From Candidatus Bipolaricaulota bacterium (GTDB taxonomy: Bacteria > Bipolaricaulota > Bipolaricaulia > RBG-16-55-9 > DRXL01): a DNA stretch of 64,000 nt. The DNA lies in contig DAIPXV010000001.1 in assembly GCA_036783095.1 (NCBI GenBank), positions 4,043 to 68,042 of the forward strand, read 5' to 3'. Made by a program: the position numbers and the translations under genes. The notes under the pieces were generated by a model that saw only the letters and a program-made list of their open reading frames with translations, was not told the DNA's origin and did no database searches. Positions 27,679-36,346 of this stretch are shown here, in pieces. Within the stretch, counting starts at the first letter, position 1. Each line of letters starts with the position of its first letter.

Positions 27679-30600
27679 TTATTGTTGACAGGGGATCTGC
27701 GCCGGGCCCTTATTGATCCATTCGTTGATGAAGCCCTCAATGCGACTCTCGTCATAGAACGAGAGCTTATCTATTCGTCCCCAGGCCGTGAGCGCGATCT
27801 GTTTGGGCTCGAGCTTCCCGTACGGCGCGATGATCAACCGACAGTACTTTTCGGCGTGCTCGTTCTGCAAGCGCTTAAGAAGATTCTCTAATTGGGTCAG
27901 GGTCGTGTTATCGGTCTCTGGGCCGTACTGGATGAGCACGGCGCCGCCGCGCAACGCCCACACTTGGAGCTCTTCGGCGATCGGCTCTTTGTGCACGCCG
28001 AAGGCGATCTCGCCCTCTCGATACGGCCCTGAAGTGGGCGGCGTCGAAGTGTACGGCTCATGCTCTTGCTCTGGAGAGATCGCACGCGATTCTTGGAGAG
28101 CTACGGGCATTCCGGGCTTGTCGTCGCTCCACTTGCCCGTCACTTCGTAGAGCATCTGAGCGACTTCTGAGGCTCGATAGTTGGGGTTTTCGGCCTTGAG
28201 CTTTTCAAGCTGCTCGCGCATATCGGCGAGCTTTTGCTGCTCTTTGGCAATAAGAGCCAATTGATAGAGCGCCTCCAGGCCATCGTCGCCGAGTTTGCCC
28301 GTCGAGCCCACCAACGAGCGCTCGGCTTCTAAGATCTTCTCATAGAGATTCTTCTTTTGGTCTGGGGTTGTAGCCACAGCCAAGCCGGACTTATAGTGAT
28401 TCTTGGCTTGCTCGTACTCCGATCGGCCCGCAGCGACATCCCCAAGCCCAATATACGCATTGAGGGCTTGCTCTGGGGTCGGACCTTGCTCCAGGATCGC
28501 CGTGTAATGGCGCACGGCAGACTCGAAGATATGTTCTTTCTGATACTGTTTTGCGAGTTGGAAGCGCGTATCGAAGTCCTTGGGGTCAAGCTCGACGATG
28601 CGCTCGCCCAGCTGCTCGCGCAACTCGGCTGCCGCCGTGCGCTTGAACCCCTCTCGATAGTTCTTCAGGGCTTCGTCAGTCTGTCCCTGCTGGCGCCGGA
28701 CATCCCCAAGCGCTAAATAAGCTTCAGCTAGGTACGGCGAATCCTTGATCACTTGGCTGTACTGCTTCAGCGCTTCATCTAGATTGTTAAGCGCTTCGTA
28801 AGCCCGCCCCAGCTTCAACCGCACATTGGGGTTATTCTGGAGCTTGAGCGACTCTTTGTAGAGCTCGACAGCACGTTGAGGATCTCCCTTCTTCAGGGCG
28901 ATATCGGCGAGAGCCGTCACAAGTCGAGGATCGTCATAGCCCGTGCGGGCTTTCTCCTGCTCGCGCAGCTCCGTGTAGAGCGCTTCGGCTTTGTCCCACT
29001 CCTCTAGGCCCAAATACGCCTCGGCCATCTTCTGCTTCACGACGCGAATGGCGTCTTTATCTTTCGCGGGATCGAGATGCTCGAGGGCTTTCTGATAGTA
29101 TTCCAAGGCCAGCGCGTAGTTCTTGAGGGACATCATCAAGTGCCCATAGAGCCGGAGCGGGCCCGGATCAGCCGGAGCAAGCTCGGTGGCTCTCTTGGTC
29201 ATCTTGATGGAGTCTTGGATGCTCTGCTGGTCGCCCTCGGTGAAGAGGAAGAGCCCGTACTGATAGTACGCTTGGGGATTATCGGGATCGAGCGCAATCA
29301 GTTGATCATAGAAGCTGCGATCCCCTCCCGCGCCCTTAGCGGTCTCCAATAAGTGTTGCACGGCCTTCTGACGGTATTCTTTGATCTTCTGTTCAAGCTC
29401 TTTGAGCTTCGCTTCTTTGTTCTCGACGTTCTCTTGCTTTTCGAGCTCGGCCTTCTCTTGTTCAGCTTGGCGCAGCTTCACTTGATAGAGCCGGGCAATA
29501 TAGTAATCGAGATATTTGCCCAGCTCGTCGTCGGTGGGCAGCGAGCCCTCTTGCAAAAGCTTCTCGTACGCTGCAATAGCCTCGTCAATCTTTTCTTGTT
29601 GTTCGAGCTGATACGCGGCGATGAGGGGCAGCCGCAGCTCGATCTGGGCTGAGGCTTTGGCTTGCTTGAGCCAAGCGTCGAATCGCTCGACGCGCTGGCG
29701 CACCTTATAATCGCTCGCGATGGATTCCCTTACGGTGCTGAAGCTCTTGCGATCCTCAAGACGAACGAGCCAGAGCCCTTGGGCTGTCTGGATGAGATCG
29801 CTGATCTGCCCGACTTGGAGCTGGGCTAGGGCATCCTGAAGCTCCTTGGGCAGGTCCGTCAGGGTGAGATAGCCCATATCGCCGTTACGATCTTTGAACT
29901 CTGGATCTTGAGAATATTCCCTGACGATATCGGCGAAGTTTGCGCCTTCGGCTCTGAGTTTATCTTTGGCTTCCTGGAGGCGCTTGCGAGCCGCGATGAG
30001 CTCGTCTTCCGGGGCGTCGGGCGCAATGGGGATAAATATTCTGCTTAAGCGAACTCTTTCTAAGAAATTCCCTTGCTTGGCCGCTTCGAGCCATTGGGTC
30101 ATAAGGGCGTCTTCGCGTTCGCGCACCCAGTCGCGGCGTACGTCTGCTTGTGCTTGCTCAAACGTGCGCACGCGCTTGTCTTCGACTTTGATGAGATGGA
30201 ACCCGTAACGAGTGCGCACTGGCTTGCTCACCTTCCCAATATCCAGAGCGAACGCCGCATCCTCGAACTCCTTCACCATGACGCCCTTGCCAAACCATCC
30301 CAGATCGCCACCGTTCTCGGCGTTGCTCTTATCGTCAGAATATTTTTTCGCAAGCTCCGCGAAGTCCGCTCCCGAATCTAATTGCTTTTTAATCTCTTCG
30401 ATCTTCTTCTTGGCTTCGGCGACTTGCTCTTCGGGGGCGTTCTCGTCCACTTTGATTAAGATATGCCGCGCCTTGACTTCAGGGGTCGCGTATTTGTCTC
30501 GATTATTCTCAAAGTATGCTTGCAGCTCGGCGGTCGAAGGTTGCAGATACCCTAAGAGATCATTGACATAGCGCGTCTTGTTCTGCTCGATGAATTCTAT

Positions 30601-31197
30601 GAGCGCTTGATCAGTAACTTCGATGGGCCCCACAACGGCTTCCTCGAGAGCTTCTTCTTTGAGCTGCGCGGCCACTTGATCGCGGATCTGTCGCTGATAA
30701 GCGGGCAGAGAGCTGCCGCGCTCCTTGAGAATGCGCGCAAGCTCTTTTTCGTCAATGCCGTAGCGCTGGCGCAGCATCAGCAAGAAATTCTCATACTCTT
30801 GCTTGTAGCGCTCATCGAGTTTTTTCGCTGGGACGCTGATGCCGCGCCTACGGCTCTCTTGCTCTTTGATAGTCTTTTCGATGAGACGCTCGATCGCTTG
30901 GGCGCGCCATTGCAGCTGCCGATATGCCCCATCGGGTCCCTCGAGGGCCTTCTCGATCTCGGGGTTAAACTGACGCTGTTCGTTGAGAATCTCTTGATAG
31001 GCTTGCTCGTACTCGACCTTGCCGATCTTCTCCCCGTTGACGACGAGGACAACGTCTTCTTCTTTGGGGACATTACGCGCACCGGGGTTGAGCGCCACTG
31101 GCGAGAAGATCACCAGTGCCCCTAACACGAAGCTGATGACTACGGCCCAGATTACGTACTTTCCGTATTTCTCAACGAGCTTGCGGATCGTGTGCAT
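27679..31197 (-). CDS. Giant periplasmic chaperone: N-terminal TM anchor, PpiD/SurA-like, parvulin PPIase, then ~450 aa of TPR repeats and a C-terminal domain of unknown function
   Basis: TM VIWAVVISFVLGALVIF. Parvulin motif KARHILIKV...GGDLGWFGKGVMVKEFEDAAF...YGFHLIKVEDKR. Many TPR-like AxxYxxALxxxP units, then a unique ~170-aa tail. Confidence 0.7.
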   Translation of the reverse strand: MHTIRKLVEKYGKYVIWAVVISFVLGALVIFSPVALNPGARNVPKEEDVVLVVNGEKIGKVEYEQAYQEILNEQRQFNPEIEKALEGPDGAYRQLQWRAQAIERLIEKTIKEQESRRRGISVPAKKLDERYKQEYENFLLMLRQRYGIDEKELARILKERGSSLPAYQRQIRDQVAAQLKEEALEEAVVGPIEVTDQALIEFIEQNKTRYVNDLLGYLQPSTAELQAYFENNRDKYATPEVKARHILIKVDENAPEEQVAEAKKKIEEIKKQLDSGADFAELAKKYSDDKSNAENGGDLGWFGKGVMVKEFEDAAFALDIGKVSKPVRTRYGFHLIKVEDKRVRTFEQAQADVRRDWVREREDALMTQWLEAAKQGNFLERVRLSRIFIPIAPDAPEDELIAARKRLQEAKDKLRAEGANFADIVREYSQDPEFKDRNGDMGYLTLTDLPKELQDALAQLQVGQISDLIQTAQGLWLVRLEDRKSFSTVRESIASDYKVRQRVERFDAWLKQAKASAQIELRLPLIAAYQLEQQEKIDEAIAAYEKLLQEGSLPTDDELGKYLDYYIARLYQVKLRQAEQEKAELEKQENVENKEAKLKELEQKIKEYRQKAVQHLLETAKGAGGDRSFYDQLIALDPDNPQAYYQYGLFLFTEGDQQSIQDSIKMTKRATELAPADPGPLRLYGHLMMSLKNYALALEYYQKALEHLDPAKDKDAIRVVKQKMAEAYLGLEEWDKAEALYTELREQEKARTGYDDPRLVTALADIALKKGDPQRAVELYKESLKLQNNPNVRLKLGRAYEALNNLDEALKQYSQVIKDSPYLAEAYLALGDVRRQQGQTDEALKNYREGFKRTAAAELREQLGERIVELDPKDFDTRFQLAKQYQKEHIFESAVRHYTAILEQGPTPEQALNAYIGLGDVAAGRSEYEQAKNHYKSGLAVATTPDQKKNLYEKILEAERSLVGSTGKLGDDGLEALYQLALIAKEQQKLADMREQLEKLKAENPNYRASEVAQMLYEVTGKWSDDKPGMPVALQESRAISPEQEHEPYTSTPPTSGPYREGEIAFGVHKEPIAEELQVWALRGGAVLIQYGPETDNTTLTQLENLLKRLQNEHAEKYCRLIIAPYGKLEPKQIALTAWGRIDKLSFYDESRIEGFINEWINKGPAQIPCQQ

Positions 31198-31275
31198 CTC
31201 TGTTCACCTCAAAATAAAGAGAGATCTACTGATTTCCTCCAGCCCTCGGTATCACTGTATAATAAACCTTGAGGG

Positions 31276-31893
31276 GTGATCTGTCAAGCGATGCGCGCGA
31301 TTGCTTGTGGGCTTCTGATAGTGAGTCTCTTGAATGCTTGGGGCATCAGCCAGCCCAGAACTATAGTCGCCATAGACGCCGGACACGGCGGCAACGATAC
31401 CGGCGGCATCGGCGTAGACAATCTCTGTGAAAAAGAGATCGTGCTGAAGATCGCGCATCTGATCGCCCTGGAAGCCGTAAGCTTTCCTCATTTGAAAGTG
31501 ATCTTGACGCGCAGCGACGATCGCTCTCTGTCCCCTGCCGAGCGCATTGCTGCCGCCCAAGGGGCTCATTTCTATATCAGCCTCCATCTGGGTTTCTCCT
31601 ACGATCCGCGCGCACGGGGCATCACAGCGCTTGTGCCTACAAATGCCAAGAGCTCCTCGATAGCTCTCGCGGAAGCGCTTCGCGTCAGACTGATCGCGGT
31701 AACTCGCACACTCGATAGGGGCACGCACCAAGCTCCCTTGTGGCTGCGCCGGCTCCCCATCCCCGCTGTTCAACTCAACTTAGGCTTTCTCACCAACCCC
31801 GAAGAAGCGCGAAAGCTCGCGCAGTTAGCGTATCAGAGGCGCGTAGCGCGAGCGATCCTCGAGGGCATCAACGACTTCATTCGCTCGAAGTGA
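31276..31893 (+). CDS. N-acetylmuramoyl-L-alanine amidase (Amidase_3 / CwlD-AmiC type)
   Basis: VAIDAGHGGNDTGGIG...EKEIVLKIA...LTRSDDRSLSPAERIAAAQGAHFYISLHL. Confidence 0.7.
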   Translation: MICQAMRAIACGLLIVSLLNAWGISQPRTIVAIDAGHGGNDTGGIGVDNLCEKEIVLKIAHLIALEAVSFPHLKVILTRSDDRSLSPAERIAAAQGAHFYISLHLGFSYDPRARGITALVPTNAKSSSIALAEALRVRLIAVTRTLDRGTHQAPLWLRRLPIPAVQLNLGFLTNPEEARKLAQLAYQRRVARAILEGINDFIRSK

Positions 31894-32239
31894 CCCACAT
31901 CAGCCGTGCTAAATCCGCGCCATCGCCCTGACGCGGAGGCAGCTTTAACACTCGTGTGTAGCCCCCATCTCTTCCAGCAAACTTCGGCGCCACTTCCGCA
32001 AAGAGCTTATCTGTGAGATCAGGATCTTGGAGCACAGCAAATGCTAAGCGCCGCGCTTGTAAATCATTCCGCTTGGCCCAGGTGATCAGGCGCTCGGCCA
32101 AGCGCGCACTCTCCTTGGCACGCGCCACGGTCGTGTCTACTTTGCCGTGCTCGATGAGCTCCTTCACAATATTAGCTAAGAGTGCCTTCCGATGGGCAGG
32201 CGCTCGATTGAGCTTCCGAAATTTCTTGCGATGCCACAT
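31877..32239 (-). CDS. rplQ: 50S ribosomal protein L17
   Basis: MWHRKKFRKLNRAPAHRKALLANI...RRLAFAVLQD...GGYTRVLKL. Confidence 0.9.
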   Translation of the reverse strand: MWHRKKFRKLNRAPAHRKALLANIVKELIEHGKVDTTVARAKESARLAERLITWAKRNDLQARRLAFAVLQDPDLTDKLFAEVAPKFAGRDGGYTRVLKLPPRQGDGADLARLMWVTSSE

Positions 32240-32245
32240 ACGCCA

Positions 32246-33172
32246 TCAGCTCCGTTTCACAGATTCCTTCAGATGATACCCGAGTTCCTCCACACGCTCG
32301 ATGACCTTCTGGAGGGTTTTTTCGCCAAAGCCGTGGATATCCCTAAGCTCCTCTTTAGATTTCTGCAGCAGGTCTTTCAGCGTGATGACCCCTTTGGTCT
32401 CGAGGAGGTTGCAGGCGCGCTTGTCGAATTGCAGCTCTTCTAAGCGTTTAGAGAGCACCTCCGGTTCGACGGGCACCGGCTCAGCTGCCCCAAGCGACAC
32501 GGTGAAGAGCTCAAAATGACTGATGAGAATCTGAGAAGCTTGCTGCACGGCTTCATCGGGGCGGACGCCCCCGTTGGTCTCGACCTCCAAGAGCAGCCGA
32601 TCGTAGTCGGTGCGCTCCCCTACGCGCGTCGGCTCCACTTTGAAATTGACGCGCTTGACCGGGGAGAAGTCCGAGTCCACCGCGATGATCCCCAGGGGCA
32701 TATCCCCTCGCTTGTTGCGCTCCGCCGGACGATACCCCACCCCAGGCTCCACCTCCATGTCCACAGCTAACCGCCCATGAGCAGCGACCGTCGCGATCAC
32801 ATGGTCAGGGTTCATCACTTCTAATCCCTTAGGAAGCTCTAAATCCCCAGCGCGCACTACCCCAGCACCCTCATGCTGAATATAGACGTGTTTAGGCACT
32901 CCATCTGTTAGGCGAAACGCGATCTCCTTGAGATTGAGGATGATCTCCAAGACGCTCTCTTTGACGCCCTCGATCGTGTCGTATTCGTGATATTTGCCTT
33001 CAAAGCGCACTCGTGTGACTGCTGCCCCGGGAATAGAAGAGAGCAGAACTCGCCGCAACGCGTTCCCTATCGTCATGCCGTAGCCGCGCTCTAGCGGCTC
33101 AACCACAAAAAGACCCCGATAGGGGGTTAAGCTCTCAACTTTAATCTTCGGCTTCACTAGCTCTGCTCGCAT
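32246..33172 (-). CDS. rpoA: DNA-directed RNA polymerase alpha subunit
   Basis: VEPLERGYGMTIGNALRRVLLSSIPGAAVT and the C-terminal domain LLQKSKEELRDIHGFGEKTLQKV. Confidence 0.9.
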   Translation of the reverse strand: MRAELVKPKIKVESLTPYRGLFVVEPLERGYGMTIGNALRRVLLSSIPGAAVTRVRFEGKYHEYDTIEGVKESVLEIILNLKEIAFRLTDGVPKHVYIQHEGAGVVRAGDLELPKGLEVMNPDHVIATVAAHGRLAVDMEVEPGVGYRPAERNKRGDMPLGIIAVDSDFSPVKRVNFKVEPTRVGERTDYDRLLLEVETNGGVRPDEAVQQASQILISHFELFTVSLGAAEPVPVEPEVLSKRLEELQFDKRACNLLETKGVITLKDLLQKSKEELRDIHGFGEKTLQKVIERVEELGYHLKESVKRS

Positions 33173-33190
33173 AGTCCCCTTTCTCAGCGC

Positions 33191-33811
33191 TTACCGTGAG
33201 TAGAACTCGACAATGAGCTGCATCTGCAGCTTGTGCTCCAGCTGATCGACCTTGGGGCGATCAGTGATTTGAATGCGCCCGTCAGTTCGAGCGATCCACG
33301 CCGGAATAGTTCCGCGTCCTTTCGCCTCTACGAGGGCCTTGATCCCAGGCTTCTGGGCGGAATTGGGCTTGAGAGCAATAATATCCCCCGGACGAACCAA
33401 GAACGACGGGATATTGACGCTGCGATCGTTGACGAGAAAGTGTCCGTGAGTGACCAATTGTCTGGCTTGATCCCGTGAGGTTGCCAAGCCCGCTCGATAG
33501 ATCACATTATCCAAGCGTCTCTCTAGCAATTCGAGCAAGAAGTCCCCGGTGACGCCCTTGACGCGCTTCGCCCGCTCGACGTAGCGCCTGAACTGCTCCT
33601 CGCGCAGCCCGTAGATTCTCTTAGCTTTCTGCTTCTCGCGCAAGCGAATCCCGTATTGGCTGAGCTTGCCAAACTTGCGCTGATGCATTCCCGGCGCGTA
33701 GGGCCGCCGCTCCACTGGGCACTTCTCCGTGTAACACTTCTCGCCCTTGAGGAAGAGCTTCTCCCCTTCACGTCGGCATAAGCGACACTTCGGTCCTGTG
33801 TAGCGTCCCAT
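33191..33811 (-). CDS. rpsD: 30S ribosomal protein S4
   Basis: [26 protein letters not shown]. Confidence 0.9.
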   Translation of the reverse strand: MGRYTGPKCRLCRREGEKLFLKGEKCYTEKCPVERRPYAPGMHQRKFGKLSQYGIRLREKQKAKRIYGLREEQFRRYVERAKRVKGVTGDFLLELLERRLDNVIYRAGLATSRDQARQLVTHGHFLVNDRSVNIPSFLVRPGDIIALKPNSAQKPGIKALVEAKGRGTIPAWIARTDGRIQITDRPKVDQLEHKLQMQLIVEFYSR

Positions 33812-33816
33812 AGAGT

Positions 33817-34158
33817 TCACCGCTTCCGTTCTGAGCTATGTGATACTGGGGTCACGTTCTTGACGTCTTCTACGCGGATGCCCGAGCCCTTGAGCGTGTT
33901 CACGACAGAATTGCGCCCCTGGCCTGTGCCATTGATCGTCACGATCACGCTTCTTATGCCGAGCTCGCGCATCTTTGCCAAGAGGGACTCGCACGCGAGC
34001 TGAGCAGCATATGGGGTGCCCTTCTTGCTTCCCTTGAAGCCGCGCGTGCCCGGGCTGGCCCACGCCAAGACGTGCCCATCTAAATCGGTCAATGTCAAGA
34101 TCGTATTATTGAACGTCGAGTGCACATGGAGTCGTGCGCGATCTACTTTGCGAGCCAC
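33817..34158 (-). CDS. rpsK: 30S ribosomal protein S11
   Basis: [45 protein letters not shown]. Confidence 0.9.
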   Translation of the reverse strand: MARKVDRARLHVHSTFNNTILTLTDLDGHVLAWASPGTRGFKGSKKGTPYAAQLACESLLAKMRELGIRSVIVTINGTGQGRNSVVNTLKGSGIRVEDVKNVTPVSHSSERKR

Positions 34159-34167
34159 GCTCTCACC

Positions 34168-34536
34168 TCACTTGCGCTTGCCGGCCTTGGCCGGGCGCGG
34201 ACCCTTCCAGGTGCGGGCGTTGCTGCGCGTCTTCTGACCGCGCACCGGCAATCCCACCGTATGCCGCACGCCTCGATAACATTTGATCATCTTCAACCGC
34301 GCGATATCGTTCTGGACCTTGCGGCGCAGATCGCCCTCGACTTGATATTTCGTTTCGATCTCCTTGCGCAAGGCGGTGATCTCCTGCTCTGTGAGATCCC
34401 GGACTTTCTTGCCCAGATCAATCCGAGTCTCGTTTAAGATCCGCTGCGCCAACGGACGCCCAATCCCGTAAATATACGTGAGCGCAATATCAATGCGCTT
34501 GTTGCTTGGTAGATCCACTCCGGCGATTCTCGCCAT
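34168..34536 (-). CDS. rpsM: 30S ribosomal protein S13
   Basis: [26 protein letters not shown]. Confidence 0.9.
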   Translation of the reverse strand: MARIAGVDLPSNKRIDIALTYIYGIGRPLAQRILNETRIDLGKKVRDLTEQEITALRKEIETKYQVEGDLRRKVQNDIARLKMIKCYRGVRHTVGLPVRGQKTRSNARTWKGPRPAKAGKRK

Positions 34537-34551
34537 CCGAATGTCCCTCCT

Positions 34552-34668
34552 TTAGCATCCCTGCCGCTGCTTGTGCTTAGGGTTCTTACAGATCACCATC
34601 ACGCGCCCGCGGCGCCGAATAATCTTGCACGAATCGCAAATCTTCCTCACGGAGCTCCGCACTTTCAT
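34552..34668 (-). CDS. rpmJ: 50S ribosomal protein L36
   Basis: Hand-translated: [38 protein letters not shown]. Below the 60-aa cutoff of the ORF track. Confidence 0.85.
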   Translation of the reverse strand: MKVRSSVRKICDSCKIIRRRGRVMVICKNPKHKQRQGC

Positions 34669-34678
34669 AACGATCCTC

Positions 34679-34894
34679 CTACTCTCGATAGATAATCCTT
34701 CCGTGGCTGAGGTCGTAAGGCGAAAATTCCACGTGCACTTTGTCCCCAGGGAGGATCTTTATATAATTCTTTCGGATCCTCCCGGAGATATGGCAGAATG
34801 CTTCCGTGCCGTCTTCAAACCGCACACGGAACATCGAACCGGGGTATGCCTCGATCACCTCACCACGACGCTTGATAAACTCTCCTTTGCCAAT
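34679..34894 (-). CDS. infA: Translation initiation factor IF-1, with an apparent non-ATG (ATT) start
   Basis: Hand-translated: (M)[70 protein letters not shown]. The only in-frame candidate start after the SD GAGGTGAGGGA is ATT at 34892-34894. A TTG in the +1 frame would give MAKE but is out of frame. Confidence 0.7.
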   Translation of the reverse strand: MGKGEFIKRRGEVIEAYPGSMFRVRFEDGTEAFCHISGRIRKNYIKILPGDKVHVEFSPYDLSHGRIIYRE

Positions 34895-34901
34895 AAGTCC
34901 C

Positions 34902-35708
34902 TCACCTCGATGACACCCGCTCGAAGACCCCTATGCCAAGGAGCTCCGGCTCTGCTCCCCAGCGAATCCGGACCATCGCTTCAAAGTGAGCTGCGGCCGT
35001 CGCTCCTGGGGCCACCGCGGTCCAACGATCCTCTTGGACTTCTATCTCAATGAGATCCTTCCCACTGTTGGCTACCATGGGCTCGATGCAAATGACTAAA
35101 CCATCGCGGAGCAGAGGCCCCTGCCCCGGCGTCCCATAATTGGGCACCTGGGGCTCCTCATGCATCTGGCGGCCGATCCCATGGCCCACGAAATTCGTCA
35201 CGATCGACAGCCCGCGACTATTCACATAGTGCTGAATAGCATGGGCGATATCGCCCACGCGGGCACCCCCACGCGCAGCACGGATGCCCTCAAAGAGGGC
35301 CTCCTGGGCCGTCTGCACCACAAAGAAGTCCTCAGAGCTGCGTGGGGCGTCCTCTATTATAACAGTTGTTGCCAGGTCTGCACAAAACCCCCGCCGCACC
35401 ATGCCGATGTCAATGGAGAGCACATCCCCTGGCTGAAGAACTCGATCTTCCCGAGGGATGCCGTGGACGACTTCGGCGTTGAGCGACGTGCAGATATTCG
35501 CCGGATAGATATCTCTGCCCACCCGATAGCCCTTGAACGCCGGGCGACCCCCGACTGCTGTGATCAGCCGTTCTGCAAGAGCATCTAAATACAGAGTGGG
35601 AACCCCCGCGCGCGCCTCCTCGACCAGGCGCTGCAAGATATCTTGGAGGAGCTGAGCGTTCTCGCGCAAGATCTCGATCTCTGCAGGGCTCTTGAGCTTT
35701 ATAGCCAT
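34902..35708 (-). CDS. map: Methionine aminopeptidase type I
   Basis: Pita-bread fold motifs HGIPRED..., DIGMVRRGFCADLA, FVGHGIG, EPMV. Confidence 0.85.
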   Translation of the reverse strand: MAIKLKSPAEIEILRENAQLLQDILQRLVEEARAGVPTLYLDALAERLITAVGGRPAFKGYRVGRDIYPANICTSLNAEVVHGIPREDRVLQPGDVLSIDIGMVRRGFCADLATTVIIEDAPRSSEDFFVVQTAQEALFEGIRAARGGARVGDIAHAIQHYVNSRGLSIVTNFVGHGIGRQMHEEPQVPNYGTPGQGPLLRDGLVICIEPMVANSGKDLIEIEVQEDRWTAVAPGATAAAHFEAMVRIRWGAEPELLGIGVFERVSSR

Positions 35709-35713
35709 ATGGA

Positions 35714-36343
35714 TCACTCGAGCGCCTGTTGGGCCGCGCGATAGACCGACTCAATATCGCCGCTGGCGTCAATCTCCCGAAGCACATTACGCTTTTTATA
35801 GAATTCGAGCATGGGGCCGATCTCGTGAGCATATTGAACATCAATGCGCCTTTGGATCACTTCGGGAGTATCATCGGAGCGTTGTACTAGGGCGACCCCG
35901 CAGATATCGCACAGGGTATCGGTTTGGGGCGGGCTTGAGAGGAGATTATACACGCGCCCACAGCGAGGGCAGACGCGGCGCGCGCTCAACCGCCGAATGA
36001 TCTCCTCCCGATCGAGCCGAAAGTGCAGGGCGCGCTCGACTGTGGTCACGCTCTCTAAGATCTCTGCTTGGGCGAGATTGCGAGGGAAGCCATCGAGCAC
36101 AAAGCCTGGGGCCCCCTGCACTCTCTTGCGGATCATCTCCGCGACCAACTGATCTGGGACAAGCTCGCCCCGGTCCATAAATCGCTGGGCTTGCATGCCC
36201 AACTCCGTGCGATTCTGGACCTCGCTGCGCAAGAGATCCCCTGTGGAGATATGCGGGACGCCAAGCCACGCAGCCAAGCGTGTGGCTTGAGTTCCCTTGC
36301 CCGATCCTGGAGGCCCTAACAGCACAATCCGTCGCGCAGTCAT
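35714..36343 (-). CDS. adk: Adenylate kinase (zinc-binding lid)
   Basis: LLGPPGSGKGTQA, CPRCGRVYN...CDICG. Confidence 0.9.
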   Translation of the reverse strand: MTARRIVLLGPPGSGKGTQATRLAAWLGVPHISTGDLLRSEVQNRTELGMQAQRFMDRGELVPDQLVAEMIRKRVQGAPGFVLDGFPRNLAQAEILESVTTVERALHFRLDREEIIRRLSARRVCPRCGRVYNLLSSPPQTDTLCDICGVALVQRSDDTPEVIQRRIDVQYAHEIGPMLEFYKKRNVLREIDASGDIESVYRAAQQALE

Positions 36344-36346
36344 AGC

